Assembly: GCA_002402465.1 (NCBI GenBank)
Contig: DHFW01000049.1
Span: 294,937 to 358,936 of the forward strand
Length of the DNA: 64,000 bases
Source of the DNA: Bacteroidales bacterium UBA4814
GTDB taxonomy: Bacteria; Bacteroidota; Bacteroidia; Bacteroidales; UBA7960
Reading direction: 5' to 3'
The translations under genes were made by a program, and so were the position numbers. The notes below the pieces were generated by a model. That model made no database searches. It had not been told where the DNA came from and was given only the letters and a program-made list of their open reading frames with translations. The first letter of the stretch is position 1, and every line of letters begins with the position of its first letter. Below are positions 55,702-64,000 of the stretch, piece by piece.

Positions 55702-57512
55702 TCAACCCCAAACATCAGGAAAACATACAGCTTGCGCTGAGAACCCTTCCGGGGAAACCGGGAGTGTACCAGTTTTTCGATGAACAGGGCAAGATCATTT
55801 ACATTGGCAAAGCCAAAAACCTGAAAAAACGCGTTTCATCATACTTTAACCGCGATCATTACGACAGCGGCAAGGTAATGGTGATGGTGAAACGCGTGGC
55901 CGAGGTGCGGCATATTGTGGTTAACAGCGAGATGGATGCGCTGCTGCTTGAGAACAACCTGATCAAGAAGTATCAGCCGCGCTACAACATAATGCTCAAG
56001 GACGATAAGACCTATCCCTGGATATGCATTAAGAACGAACCTTTTCCGCGGATCTTTTCCACCCGCAACGTGGTGCGCGATGGCAGCAAATACTTCGGAC
56101 CTTATGCTTCGGGCAAGATGATGCACGCGCTGCTCGATTTGATCCGCCAGCTTTTTCAGTACCGCACCTGCCGGCTCAATCTGAGTCCGGAAAATATCAA
56201 GGCCGGGAAGTTCAAGGTCTGCCTTGAGTATCACATTGGAAACTGTCTGGGGCCTTGTGAGGGGCTGCAAAGTGAGGAAGAATACAACGAAACCATAAGC
56301 CAGATCGAAGAAATCATTAAGGGCAACCTGGGGGCGGTGAATGCCCGGCTAAAGGAACTCATGAAGAAATATGCTGCGGCTTACGAGTTTGAAAAGGCCA
56401 ACCTGGTGAAGGAGAAAATCGAATTGCTTGAAAACTACCAGAGCAAATCAACGGTGGTAAGCATGTCGGTAACCAATGTGGATGTGTATTCGGTACTGAG
56501 CGACCAGGAGCATGGCTACGTGAACTTCATGAAGGTGGTAAATGGCGCCATAGTGCAGTCGCATACGCTGGAGATCCGCAAAAAGCTGGATGAAACCGAT
56601 GCCCAACTGCTTGAAGTGGCCATCATAGAATTGCGCCAGCGTTTTCAAAGCGATGCTGCAGAGGCCGTGGTGCCCATCAAACCCGAAACGGCCATTCCCG
56701 ATGTGCGCTTTGTCATCCCGCAAAGGGGCGACAAAAAGAAACTGCTCGAACTTTCGGAGCGCAACGCCAAGTATTACCGTATGGAGAAGCTCAAACAGAA
56801 GGAGTTGGTCGATCCCGAGCGTCACACCCGCCGCATATTGCAAAAAATGAAAGAAGACCTTCACCTGCCCAATGCACCGGCCTATATTGAATGTTTCGAC
56901 AACAGCAACACCCAGGGCACTTACCCGGTGGCAGCCATGGTGGTGTTTCGCAATGCCCGCCCCAGCAAGAAAGAATACCGGCATTTCAACATTAAAACGG
57001 TGGTAGGCCCCGACGATTTTGCCAGCATGGAGGAGGTGGTTTCGCGCCGTTACAAACGCTTGCTGGCCGAGGAGCAGCCTTTGCCCGACCTGGTGGTGGT
57101 GGATGGGGGTAAGGGGCAACTCAGCGCTGCGGTGGAGGCCCTTGAGAGGCTTGGCTTGCGCGGGAAAGTGCCCGTCATAGGCATTGCCAAGCGGCTCGAA
57201 GAGATTTATTTCCCGGGCGACAGCATCCCAATATACATCGACAAAAAGTCGGAAACGCTGAAGATCATTCAGCACCTGCGCGATGAGGCCCACCGCTTTG
57301 GCATTACCCACCACCGCAAGCGTCGCGAAAAGGGAAGCCTGAAGTCGCAACTATCAGACATAAAAGGCATAGGACCGCAAACAGAAAAAGTGCTGCTCAA
57401 CACATTCAAGTCGGTGGCCGGCATCAAACGAGCAAGCAAAGAAGAACTGATCAAAGCGGTAGGGGCAGCAAAAGCGAAAATTTTGAAAGCTTTTTTTGAG
57501 AACACAGATTAA
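55698..57512 (+). CDS. uvrC: Excinuclease ABC subunit C
   Basis: GIY-YIG motif PGVYQFFDEQGKIIYIGKAKNLKKRVSSYF, a UvrBC-interaction region, and a C-terminal (HhH)2. The ATG at 55698 (MINPKHQ) is preferred over the track start at 55677. Confidence 0.93.
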   Translation: MINPKHQENIQLALRTLPGKPGVYQFFDEQGKIIYIGKAKNLKKRVSSYFNRDHYDSGKVMVMVKRVAEVRHIVVNSEMDALLLENNLIKKYQPRYNIMLKDDKTYPWICIKNEPFPRIFSTRNVVRDGSKYFGPYASGKMMHALLDLIRQLFQYRTCRLNLSPENIKAGKFKVCLEYHIGNCLGPCEGLQSEEEYNETISQIEEIIKGNLGAVNARLKELMKKYAAAYEFEKANLVKEKIELLENYQSKSTVVSMSVTNVDVYSVLSDQEHGYVNFMKVVNGAIVQSHTLEIRKKLDETDAQLLEVAIIELRQRFQSDAAEAVVPIKPETAIPDVRFVIPQRGDKKKLLELSERNAKYYRMEKLKQKELVDPERHTRRILQKMKEDLHLPNAPAYIECFDNSNTQGTYPVAAMVVFRNARPSKKEYRHFNIKTVVGPDDFASMEEVVSRRYKRLLAEEQPLPDLVVVDGGKGQLSAAVEALERLGLRGKVPVIGIAKRLEEIYFPGDSIPIYIDKKSETLKIIQHLRDEAHRFGITHHRKRREKGSLKSQLSDIKGIGPQTEKVLLNTFKSVAGIKRASKEELIKAVGAAKAKILKAFFENTD

Positions 57513-57517
57513 CATAG

Positions 57518-57554
57518 CAGGGATGGGTTGCGAACTGTCCCTGCAAATTTTTTT
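57518..57554 (+). terminator. Rho-independent terminator after uvrC
   Basis: GCAGGGA (57518-24) pairs with TCCCTGC (57538-44), followed by AAATTTTTTT. Confidence 0.65.
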
Positions 57555-57754
57555 ACGGATGCAAAAACTCTTTGTTATATTTTTTAAGCTGTAATAGCGA
57601 AAGCTTTAAAACCCTTTAAATCCGATTTGATAAGTTGGACTCCTCTTGGTTGAGCTGGCATTATTTAGCTTTGGCTATTATATGTTAAAAGTTTAACCGA
57701 GTTCATCCTTTAAAGCCAGCAGCACCCGTAACCAGTATTTTCATCATTTTTGCT

Positions 57755-59302
57755 TTAAAAAATTACAATCAGATTTTTTCCGAACCGATATTGCTCCTTG
57801 TTTATTATGGCATTGTGTAGCTCCGGGTCGTTTTTTGTTTCTTTATACCGCAAAATAAGCAACCTGTTTTCGAGCGGTTCTTCCAGAATGTCTTCCCTCT
57901 TTACTCTGATAATGTCTTTTCCCAGGTAAACATCCATATTTTCAGCACGTGAGATTTTATATACCCAATAGTCATCGATCTGGTGTTCTTCTGACAATTC
58001 CATCGCTTTTTTGCAAAGATTACCCAAGCCAAGCTGAGTGTTCAACTGGGGCATAGCCCATCCAGCGACAAAGATAGCCAATAAAAAACCCAGTGCCTGG
58101 GTATGGATTGACCGGTAAGTATCTTTCTTCCCATATAAATAATAGAGAATAAGCAAGCCGGTGACGCTGAGAATCCCGGCTGCTGCATAAATAAGCGGAG
58201 TTGCCAGAAAGTGCATTTCATCTTTTCCCCCAAGATAGATAATGGTTGGCAGGCTAAGAATGAATATACTTGCCGGGATGGCCAGGGCTATTTTGATCCA
58301 TCGGTTTTGCCTATCGAATTTATTGAAAAGCAGCACCGTAAGATAGATGAAGAAAGGTATAAGAGGCAGCGAGTAAATCTCTATTTTGGAACTGATCAAC
58401 GAGAGCAATACAAAGGTTGAGAGTATTATGGTGGCAAAAAATTGTTCCAGTGTATTGTTTATTCTTTTCTTGTACAAGCCGGCAATAAAGAGGCCGATAG
58501 CCAACAGTGACCACGGTGCCAGTGAATACCAGACGGAGATGGCATAATAATAGAACGGTTCTTTGTGGTGAAAGGAGTTGAAGCCCCTTTCAACCGTTTG
58601 ATGGACAAGCAGATTGTTCAGGTATTCATTTCCACCTTCAATGTAAACGCCTGCAAACCAAACAATGCAGCCTGTCAGAATAATCAGAAAGGTCTTCCAT
58701 CCCCAATAATGTGTAAAATCGGACAGTTTCTTTTTGTAGATCAAAAAGGTCACGGTTGAAACAAAAGGGATCAATAAACCCAACGGCCCTTTTGAGAAAA
58801 GTGCCAGAAACAAATATATCGGAAATAGCCAGCCGTCACGTTTCCGGCCGTCTTCCCGGTATATTTTATAAAAAGTGTACAGGGATAAAACAATAAACAT
58901 ATTCATCAACATGTCCATACGAATAATCAGTGTAGCGCCGATAAACAGTCCGGCAGTCATGAGCATCAGCGGGGCTGTGGTTTCGCTTTCCCCGTTTTCC
59001 CGACGGGTCCATTTCGTCATCGTGGTAACGATAACAAGTGCCGGAACAAATGACAACAAAGAATAATACCAAATCCGGTGTTCTCCCAGTATCAGTTTCC
59101 CGATCATCATCAACCAGAAATGGAGTGGGGGTTTATCCGCGTAAATTTCTCCCTGGTTGGTAAAGGTGAAGATATTTCCGTTGCGAAGCGCTTCGTCAAC
59201 AATGCTCAGATAACGCAACTCGTTTGCAGGTGTATAGTCGCGTAAAATCATTGTGGGCAACAGGGCAACAAACCAAAAAAGATAAACCTGTTTATTATTC
59301 AT
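57755..59302 (-). CDS. ArnT/PMT-like family-39 glycosyltransferase (polyprenyl-phosphate-sugar dependent, polytopic)
   Basis: 515 aa with about 12 TM segments. The N-terminal loop has YADKPPLHFWLM. Low GC. Confidence 0.7.
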   Translation of the reverse strand: MNNKQVYLFWFVALLPTMILRDYTPANELRYLSIVDEALRNGNIFTFTNQGEIYADKPPLHFWLMMIGKLILGEHRIWYYSLLSFVPALVIVTTMTKWTRRENGESETTAPLMLMTAGLFIGATLIIRMDMLMNMFIVLSLYTFYKIYREDGRKRDGWLFPIYLFLALFSKGPLGLLIPFVSTVTFLIYKKKLSDFTHYWGWKTFLIILTGCIVWFAGVYIEGGNEYLNNLLVHQTVERGFNSFHHKEPFYYYAISVWYSLAPWSLLAIGLFIAGLYKKRINNTLEQFFATIILSTFVLLSLISSKIEIYSLPLIPFFIYLTVLLFNKFDRQNRWIKIALAIPASIFILSLPTIIYLGGKDEMHFLATPLIYAAAGILSVTGLLILYYLYGKKDTYRSIHTQALGFLLAIFVAGWAMPQLNTQLGLGNLCKKAMELSEEHQIDDYWVYKISRAENMDVYLGKDIIRVKREDILEEPLENRLLILRYKETKNDPELHNAIINKEQYRFGKNLIVIF

Positions 59303-59940
59303 ATTACACTGATTTTTTTGTTTTTGTGGCCGATCATAATATTCCGGACATAGGCGACAAACCCGAACGACTGTCCCAGAATCAACACCGGATCGAGCCG
59401 GAAAATAGCATAAGCAATAATCATAAAAGAACCCATCAGGCTAATGATCCAGAATCCGACAGGAAGAACAGATTCGTGATGGGCAGCCGAATAGAGGAAC
59501 TGATAAATGAATCGCAACGCAAATATTATTTGTCCCGCAGACCCGAAAACCAATAGCCACAACGGTATATCTTTATTATAAAAAAAGGTGCCGGTAAATC
59601 CGGAGAGATCACGAAGCATAAATCCTGCAGCCACTAAAGGAGTCAGGATCAAAACTACTTTGATGATACCTGATATTCTTTTCCACTGGCCTTGCATGTT
59701 CAGATTCCACAGATAGATATAATAGGAGATAAACTGGCCGAGTATAATGGCAAAATCATTCCGCAGTACGCCATAAATAAATAGCAGGTATGAGCCTAAA
59801 ATACTCAATATCCAGAACGCAGGCGGTGATAACACTTTTCTGGCTTTTTCGGACGCAATCCACTGGTAAAGGATGCGGGCCGAGAAAAAGAACTGGGCCA
59901 GAAAACCGATGGCAAAGATCCACATGATACTTCCCTGCAT
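59299..59940 (-). CDS. Membrane protein with two lipid-A-biosynthesis N-terminal (LAB_N) domains
   Basis: 213 aa. The pattern is duplicated: ARILYQWIASEKARKVLSPPAFWILSILGSYLLFIYGVLRNDFAIILGQ and LRFIYQFLYSAAHHESVLPVGFWIISLMGSFMIIAYAIFRLDPVLILGQ. It overlaps the downstream gene start by 4 nt. Confidence 0.65.
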   Translation of the reverse strand: MQGSIMWIFAIGFLAQFFFSARILYQWIASEKARKVLSPPAFWILSILGSYLLFIYGVLRNDFAIILGQFISYYIYLWNLNMQGQWKRISGIIKVVLILTPLVAAGFMLRDLSGFTGTFFYNKDIPLWLLVFGSAGQIIFALRFIYQFLYSAAHHESVLPVGFWIISLMGSFMIIAYAIFRLDPVLILGQSFGFVAYVRNIMIGHKNKKISVI

Positions 59941-59994
59941 GCTTTAATTGAGGTTATGCTCCTTCACATAATAGTTGATATATCTTTTTTTCAT

Positions 59995-60687
59995 TCAGCG
60001 ATATGCGAAACAGTCAATAAACGGCCCGTAAAGCCGGTTCCAAAGATGGTATTTCGACGTGCCGGCCAACCGCGGATAGTGGCGTACAGGTGTTTGTTTC
60101 ACCTTTCCGTTTTGCAGCAGAATCAACGCAGGCAGGAACCGGTGCATACCGTTGAAAAAGGGAATACGTTTGGCCGAATCGGTGTGCATCACCTTCAGAG
60201 GGCAACCAGTGTCAGAAACTCCGTCATGGGTCATCATACGACGGTAGCCGTTTGCAATTTTCGATTGCAGATTTTTAAAAAATGAGTCTTTGCGGTTAGC
60301 CCTTATACCCGTTACCATTTCGTAATTTTCAATATCCCGGAGCAACAGATTAAAATCCTCCGGGTCGGTCTGCAGGTCCGCATCCATGTATCCCACATAA
60401 TCGGAAAAAGTATGGTCGATGCCGGCTTTCAGGGCGGCGCTTAACCCCCCGTTTTTTTTGAGACTGAGATAAAAGAACGAGGGATTACGGTCACATATTT
60501 CCTGGATTCTGCGTTGACTGTCATCTTTTGATCCGTCGTTTACAAACAAAACGCATGTTTGGAAAAAGGTATGTGTCAAAAATTGCCGAAGTTTTTCTTC
60601 TAATGTGTAGAGGTTGTCTTCTTCGTTATATACAGGTATAATAATTGTAAACCTGTAATTTTCGGTACTATTTTCCTTTACATTCAT
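59995..60687 (-). CDS. Family-2 glycosyltransferase, polyprenyl-phosphate glycosyltransferase type (ArnC/GtrB/DPM1-like)
   Basis: IIIPVYNEEDNL, FVNDGSKDDS and MDADLQTDPED (DxD). 230 aa, soluble-type. Confidence 0.8.
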   Translation of the reverse strand: MNVKENSTENYRFTIIIPVYNEEDNLYTLEEKLRQFLTHTFFQTCVLFVNDGSKDDSQRRIQEICDRNPSFFYLSLKKNGGLSAALKAGIDHTFSDYVGYMDADLQTDPEDFNLLLRDIENYEMVTGIRANRKDSFFKNLQSKIANGYRRMMTHDGVSDTGCPLKVMHTDSAKRIPFFNGMHRFLPALILLQNGKVKQTPVRHYPRLAGTSKYHLWNRLYGPFIDCFAYR

Positions 60688-60805
60688 TTCAATATATTAA
60701 TGTGCCTGACATGATGTTGCGCTCTTTTAAAATTCTTTCCTGAATCTTCTCTATAAGTCTATAAGTCCGTATTTGAAAATTTTCGCCACGTTGTTGAAGG
60801 TTTTT

Positions 60806-60859
60806 CCTTTCTCTCATTGCGAGGTGAAGCGTAGCAAAACGAAGTAATGAGAGAAAAGG
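60806..60859. repeat. Hairpin element upstream of the low-GC GT2 gene
   Basis: CCTTTCTCTCATT (60806-18) pairs with AATGAGAGAAAAGG (60846-59), a 13-bp stem with a 1-nt bulge. The loop is GCGAGGTGAAGCGTAGCAAAACGAAGT. Confidence 0.5.
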
Positions 60860-60916
60860 AGACGCCCGAGATGAAAACTTGTTTTATTATTTTTGTTCGA
60901 CAAAAAAATAAAAAGT

Positions 60917-60986
60917 TGAAACAAGCATGATTCGCTAAGCATAAACACGGAAGAAAATCATCATGCGAGTTCCATCTGACCTTAAT
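60917..60986. repeat. About 70-nt conserved intergenic element, copy 2 (copy 1 at 47406-47476)
   Basis: See copy 1. The orientation on the + strand is the same in both copies. Confidence 0.6.
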
Positions 60987-61075
60987 AAACAAATAAATTT
61001 GGGATTAAACAAGAGTATCACTCTAACGCTGTAACAAATTTACGCATTTGAAAGCAAATTAAGGAAATTTCTTAG

Positions 61076-61147
61076 AAAAATATTGAATTAGCCGATTTAT
61101 TCAACTCTTCTGTTGCAACCATCAGCACGTGGAGAACAGAAAATTGA
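61076..61147 (+). pseudogene. Orphan C-terminal fragment of a helix-turn-helix (excisionase/Xis-like) gene
   Basis: The frame reads KNIELADLFNSSVATISTWRTEN then stop, preceded immediately by TAG (61073-75). The pattern resembles the recognition helix of small HTH proteins from mobile elements. Confidence 0.35.
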
Positions 61148-61396
61148 AGATGAAAGCCCACGTCCTCGTAAAAAAAATACCCGACCCCTTACTGCCGGCC
61201 ATTTACACAGGAATTGTTTTTCTTTTCGTGGGGTGCATTCAGGGCCCTAAAACTAAAGGAGCACAAAGGAAGCAATGGTGCTCTCTTTTCGAAATGGCGG
61301 GCGGCGCGTACCGGTTCATTGTACAGGTCGGGTTGTCTTGCTGTTATTTTTGCATATGTTTATTATGGGCCTGAAGATATTGATATCAAAGGGTAG

Positions 61397-61730
61397 AACC
61401 GGGGGATAAGTGAATTTATTCAAAACGAAGATGCTTACAGGAAAGTGTTTTATCTGCTTGAAATGGGACCTGATGAACTGATGGCAGAGTTTATACCTGG
61501 AAAGGGATTCCCTTTGGAAAAGGAATATTCAAATTGCGGATGAACCTTCTTACATAAAAGGCTTGTATCCTGAGAGGATAGAGTAACTGGCAAAACTCTG
61601 GCAGTACTCTTTGCTGCGCATAAAATCCCTGGAGTTAATTTTGCAGGCGATGAATGAGGAACCCGATGCCTGCGAATTCGAAATTGATCGGGTACTCATG
61701 CAGATCAATGTGCTGATCGAAAACAGGTAA
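61397..61730 (+). pseudogene. Decayed gene of unknown function (pieces in two frames plus an internal stop)
   Basis: ...EFIQNEDAYRKVFYLLEMGPDELMAEFIPGKGFPLEKEYSNCG stop. After a frame change: PSYIKGLYPERIE stop LAKLWQYSLLRIKSLELILQAMNEEPDACEFEIDRVLMQINVLIENR stop. No usable start codon. Confidence 0.3.
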
Positions 61731-61787
61731 TTATTTGGTTTTGGGCGTTTTTTTTAAGATATTCGCCGTTTATTGAAATCCCGGAAA

Positions 61788-63566
61788 ATGGAACTCCAGC
61801 CTTGGATCGACAAGTTTTTGGTGTGGCGGCAAAAGCACCTCAGCGACAGGAATTTTATCCTGATTCTTTGCGTGATTATTGGGCTTTTGGCCGCCATTGC
61901 CGCGGTGGTATTAAAAACCGGTGTACACTATTTCGAAGCTTGGGTGCGCAACACCCCCGGCCGCCATATGGAGAACTATTTCTTTCTGATATTCCCGCTA
62001 ATCGGGATACTGATCACCGTATTCTATATCCGCAACTTTGTGAAGGAAGATATTGGCCACGGTGTTTCGCGCATTTTGTATGCTATTTCGCGCAACAAGG
62101 GGGTGATGAAAATGCACAACATGTGGTCGTCGGTAGTGGCTTGCACCTTTACCAGCGGCTTTGGCGGCTCGGTGGGTATGGAGGCGCCTATCGTCAGCAC
62201 TGGTGCAGCTATTGGGTCCAATGTTGCACAGGCAGTAAAGCTGGGTCATAGGCGGACTGTGCTGCTAATCGGATGCGGGGCAACCGCAGCCATTGCAGCC
62301 ATCTTTAAGGCACCCATTGCCGGCCTTATTTTTTCCCTGGAAATACTTATGCTCGACCTGACCATGGCCTCCATTCTTCCGCTGCTTACCGCCGCGGTGA
62401 CCGGGGCCATTTTTTCTGCCTTTTTCCTGGGCGAAGGCGTGGAATTTTATTTTACCCTGAAAGAAGCATTCGACTATTCTTCCATACCCTTTTATATCTT
62501 TTTAGGTGCTTTCACCGGGGCAGTGTCCTTGTATTTTACGTGGATGAATGGCAAAGTTGAAAACCGCATGAAGAAAATTAGCAAACCATATCATAGGGCT
62601 TTGGCGGGGGGAATCATTCTTGGTGTACTGATCTTTCTCTTTCCGCCACTCTTTGGCGAAGGCTACTTTACCATGCGCAGCATACTCTCGGGCCAGCCCG
62701 AAAACCTGCTCCTCGAGAGTCCTTTTGGGCATTTGGTAGATCATAGCGGAATGCTGTTTATCGGCTTTTTGGTTTGTGTGCTTTTCTTTAAAGCCATTGC
62801 CACCTCACTCACCACAGGGGCCGGTGGAATTGGAGGGGTTTTTGCCCCCAGTCTTTTTATGGGGGGCATTTCTGGTTTTGTTTTTTCCAGGCTGATTAAC
62901 AGCTACTCGGGCTTCAGAATTTCGGAGTATAATTTTGCCCTGGTCGGGATGGCCGGGCTGATTGCCGGCATCATGCATGCGCCCTTAACGGCCATATTTC
63001 TTATTGCCGAAATCACCGGGGGCTATGAATTGTTTATTCCCCTCATTATCACGGCATCTATTTCTTACCTCACCGTAAACTATTTCCAGCCACACTCCAT
63101 TTATACCAAGAAGCTGGCAGAGACCGGCGATTTGATCACCCACCATAAGGATAAAGCCGTGCTGACTTTGCTCAATGTGGAGTCGGTGATTGAAACCAAT
63201 CTCGATACCGTAAACCCGGAAATGACCCTGGGTGAATTGGTTAAGGTGATTGCCAAGTCGAAGCGCAATATTTTCCCGGTACTCGATTCCGAGGGCAATT
63301 TTTTGGGCATAGTGTGGCTCGACGATGTGCGTGAGATCATGTTCGACCGCAAAAAGTATAATGAACTGAAGGTGCGTAACCTGATGTTCTTTCCAAGAGC
63401 CACTGTAAACATGGCCGACAGCATGGACACGGTAATGAAGAAATTCCGTGACAGCGGCCTGTGGAACATGCCGGTGGTGGACAACGGCAAATATAAAGGC
63501 TACATCTCCCGCTCAAACGTGTTCAATATTTACCGCAATATGCTGATTGAATTTTCGGAAGAATAG
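61788..63566 (+). CDS. ClC-family voltage-gated chloride channel / H+-Cl- antiporter with a C-terminal CBS pair
   Basis: GFGGSVGMEAPIV and GAGGIGGVFAPSLFMG are selectivity-filter-type motifs. Two CBS-like modules lie at the C-terminus (IFPVLDSEGNFLGIV, MPVVDNGKYKGYIS). The ATG at 61788 is preferred over the track TTG at 61773. Confidence 0.88.
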   Translation: MELQPWIDKFLVWRQKHLSDRNFILILCVIIGLLAAIAAVVLKTGVHYFEAWVRNTPGRHMENYFFLIFPLIGILITVFYIRNFVKEDIGHGVSRILYAISRNKGVMKMHNMWSSVVACTFTSGFGGSVGMEAPIVSTGAAIGSNVAQAVKLGHRRTVLLIGCGATAAIAAIFKAPIAGLIFSLEILMLDLTMASILPLLTAAVTGAIFSAFFLGEGVEFYFTLKEAFDYSSIPFYIFLGAFTGAVSLYFTWMNGKVENRMKKISKPYHRALAGGIILGVLIFLFPPLFGEGYFTMRSILSGQPENLLLESPFGHLVDHSGMLFIGFLVCVLFFKAIATSLTTGAGGIGGVFAPSLFMGGISGFVFSRLINSYSGFRISEYNFALVGMAGLIAGIMHAPLTAIFLIAEITGGYELFIPLIITASISYLTVNYFQPHSIYTKKLAETGDLITHHKDKAVLTLLNVESVIETNLDTVNPEMTLGELVKVIAKSKRNIFPVLDSEGNFLGIVWLDDVREIMFDRKKYNELKVRNLMFFPRATVNMADSMDTVMKKFRDSGLWNMPVVDNGKYKGYISRSNVFNIYRNMLIEFSEE

Positions 63567-63567
63567 G

Positions 63568-63582
63568 GACAGGTCGCCTGTC
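63568..63582. repeat. Short perfect hairpin between the convergent ClC and transposase genes
   Basis: GACAGG-TCG-CCTGTC. It touches the transposase stop codon (63582-84). It could be an IS200-type subterminal hairpin or a bidirectional terminator. Confidence 0.4.
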
Positions 63583-64000
63583 TATAACCAGATGTATACC
63601 CCTTCAAAGAATTCAAAGAGATACTTGTCATTGAATTTGATCTCATTTTTTTGTAAGATATCAAGGTATTCATCCTTAAAGGATGCTTTGGCATGGTGCT
63701 TTTCCTGATTCAGAATATAATTGATAACAGTTTGTTTCTGTGATTTAGAGTGTGAAAATGCACCATAACCCTTCTGCCATTCAAATTTGAATTTGGTGAG
63801 ACTATTCTCTTTTATCCAGGCATTGCTTGATGTTTTAATTTTTTCAACCAGATCAGGGATAAGCTGGTTTACATTATAACCAATAAATATGTGCACATGG
63901 TCGGGCATGCAACCAATAGCTAGCATTTTATGGCCATTCTTCTGAACAATACCTGTAATATACTTCTCCAAATCGCCTTTCCAGGCCTTTTTGATTAATG
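63582..64000 (-). mobile_element. IS200/IS605-family Y1 (HUH) transposase gene, RAYT-like, partial (N-terminus beyond nt 64000)
   Basis: HUH motif MPDHVHIFI and the catalytic-Tyr region WQKGYGAFS. The frame stays open upstream of the track start (…LIKKAWKGDLEKYITGIV) to the window edge. GC is about 27% in a sampled line. Confidence 0.75.

Noticed and set aside
61129-61374. The 81-aa and 60-aa ORFs (61129-61374, 61214-61396) as real genes.
   Set aside because: They have a GTG or other alternative start, overlap each other in different frames, show no motifs, and are embedded in obvious gene debris.

Overview
The window looks like a Bacteroidota chromosome segment. Supporting evidence: a T9SS type-B C-terminal sorting domain, a GldA-like ABC ATPase, CarboxypepD_reg-type TonB receptors, a DUF2723/GT117 protein, and TAnnTTTG -7 promoter boxes in front of many genes. 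All family calls come from hand-read motifs; no database or folding search was run.

Most of the window is conserved housekeeping sequence at about 52-67% GC in sampled lines:
- tRNA-Gln
- rimP-nusA-infB
- pgi, tdk, rsmI, lepA, sdaA
- yceD-like-rpmF-plsX-fabH
- MazG-like-dtd, rsgA, metK
- yicC-gmk-nadD
- uvrC
- a ClC channel

Four accessory blocks stand out:
1. 37.7-44.6 kb (minus strand): a five-gene locus ending in a strong terminator. It encodes a processive GT2 synthase (QRDRW), a membrane HEAT-like protein, a TPR + YaiO-like outer-membrane barrel, a REC-only protein, and a PAS-HisKA-REC-HPt hybrid kinase with a degenerate ATP-binding domain. I read it as a candidate uncharacterised synthase-dependent exopolysaccharide system run by a phosphorelay. 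This is the best candidate for a new system.
2. 45.6-55.3 kb: a two-component system followed by an Oar-like TonB receptor, a lipoprotein, a Cys-rich membrane protein, an exported HMA protein, a cytoplasmic HMA protein and a second TonB receptor. This is a putative outer-membrane metal locus.
3. 25.1-28.4 kb: a 1076-aa single-chain fusion of domains that are normally separate subunits in HcnABC, opine oxidase and sarcosine oxidase type enzymes.
4. 57.6-61.8 kb: a low-GC (about 37-38%) ArnC-like / LAB_N / ArnT-like envelope-glycosylation island, bordered by gene debris. A very low-GC IS200/RAYT-type transposase gene lies at the window end.

Non-coding oddities:
- a 640-nt ORF-free spacer rich in TTTTCCG motifs, with a long-range stem (20.4-21.0 kb)
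- a nested inverted array of REP-like hairpins (1.5-1.7 kb)
- a 70-nt element present twice (47.4 and 60.9 kb)
- an in-frame TAG splitting an FG-GAP gene
- a truncated radical-SAM DNA-repair gene stub fused onto the uvrC start

No CRISPR array, rRNA or recognisable defence gene was seen.
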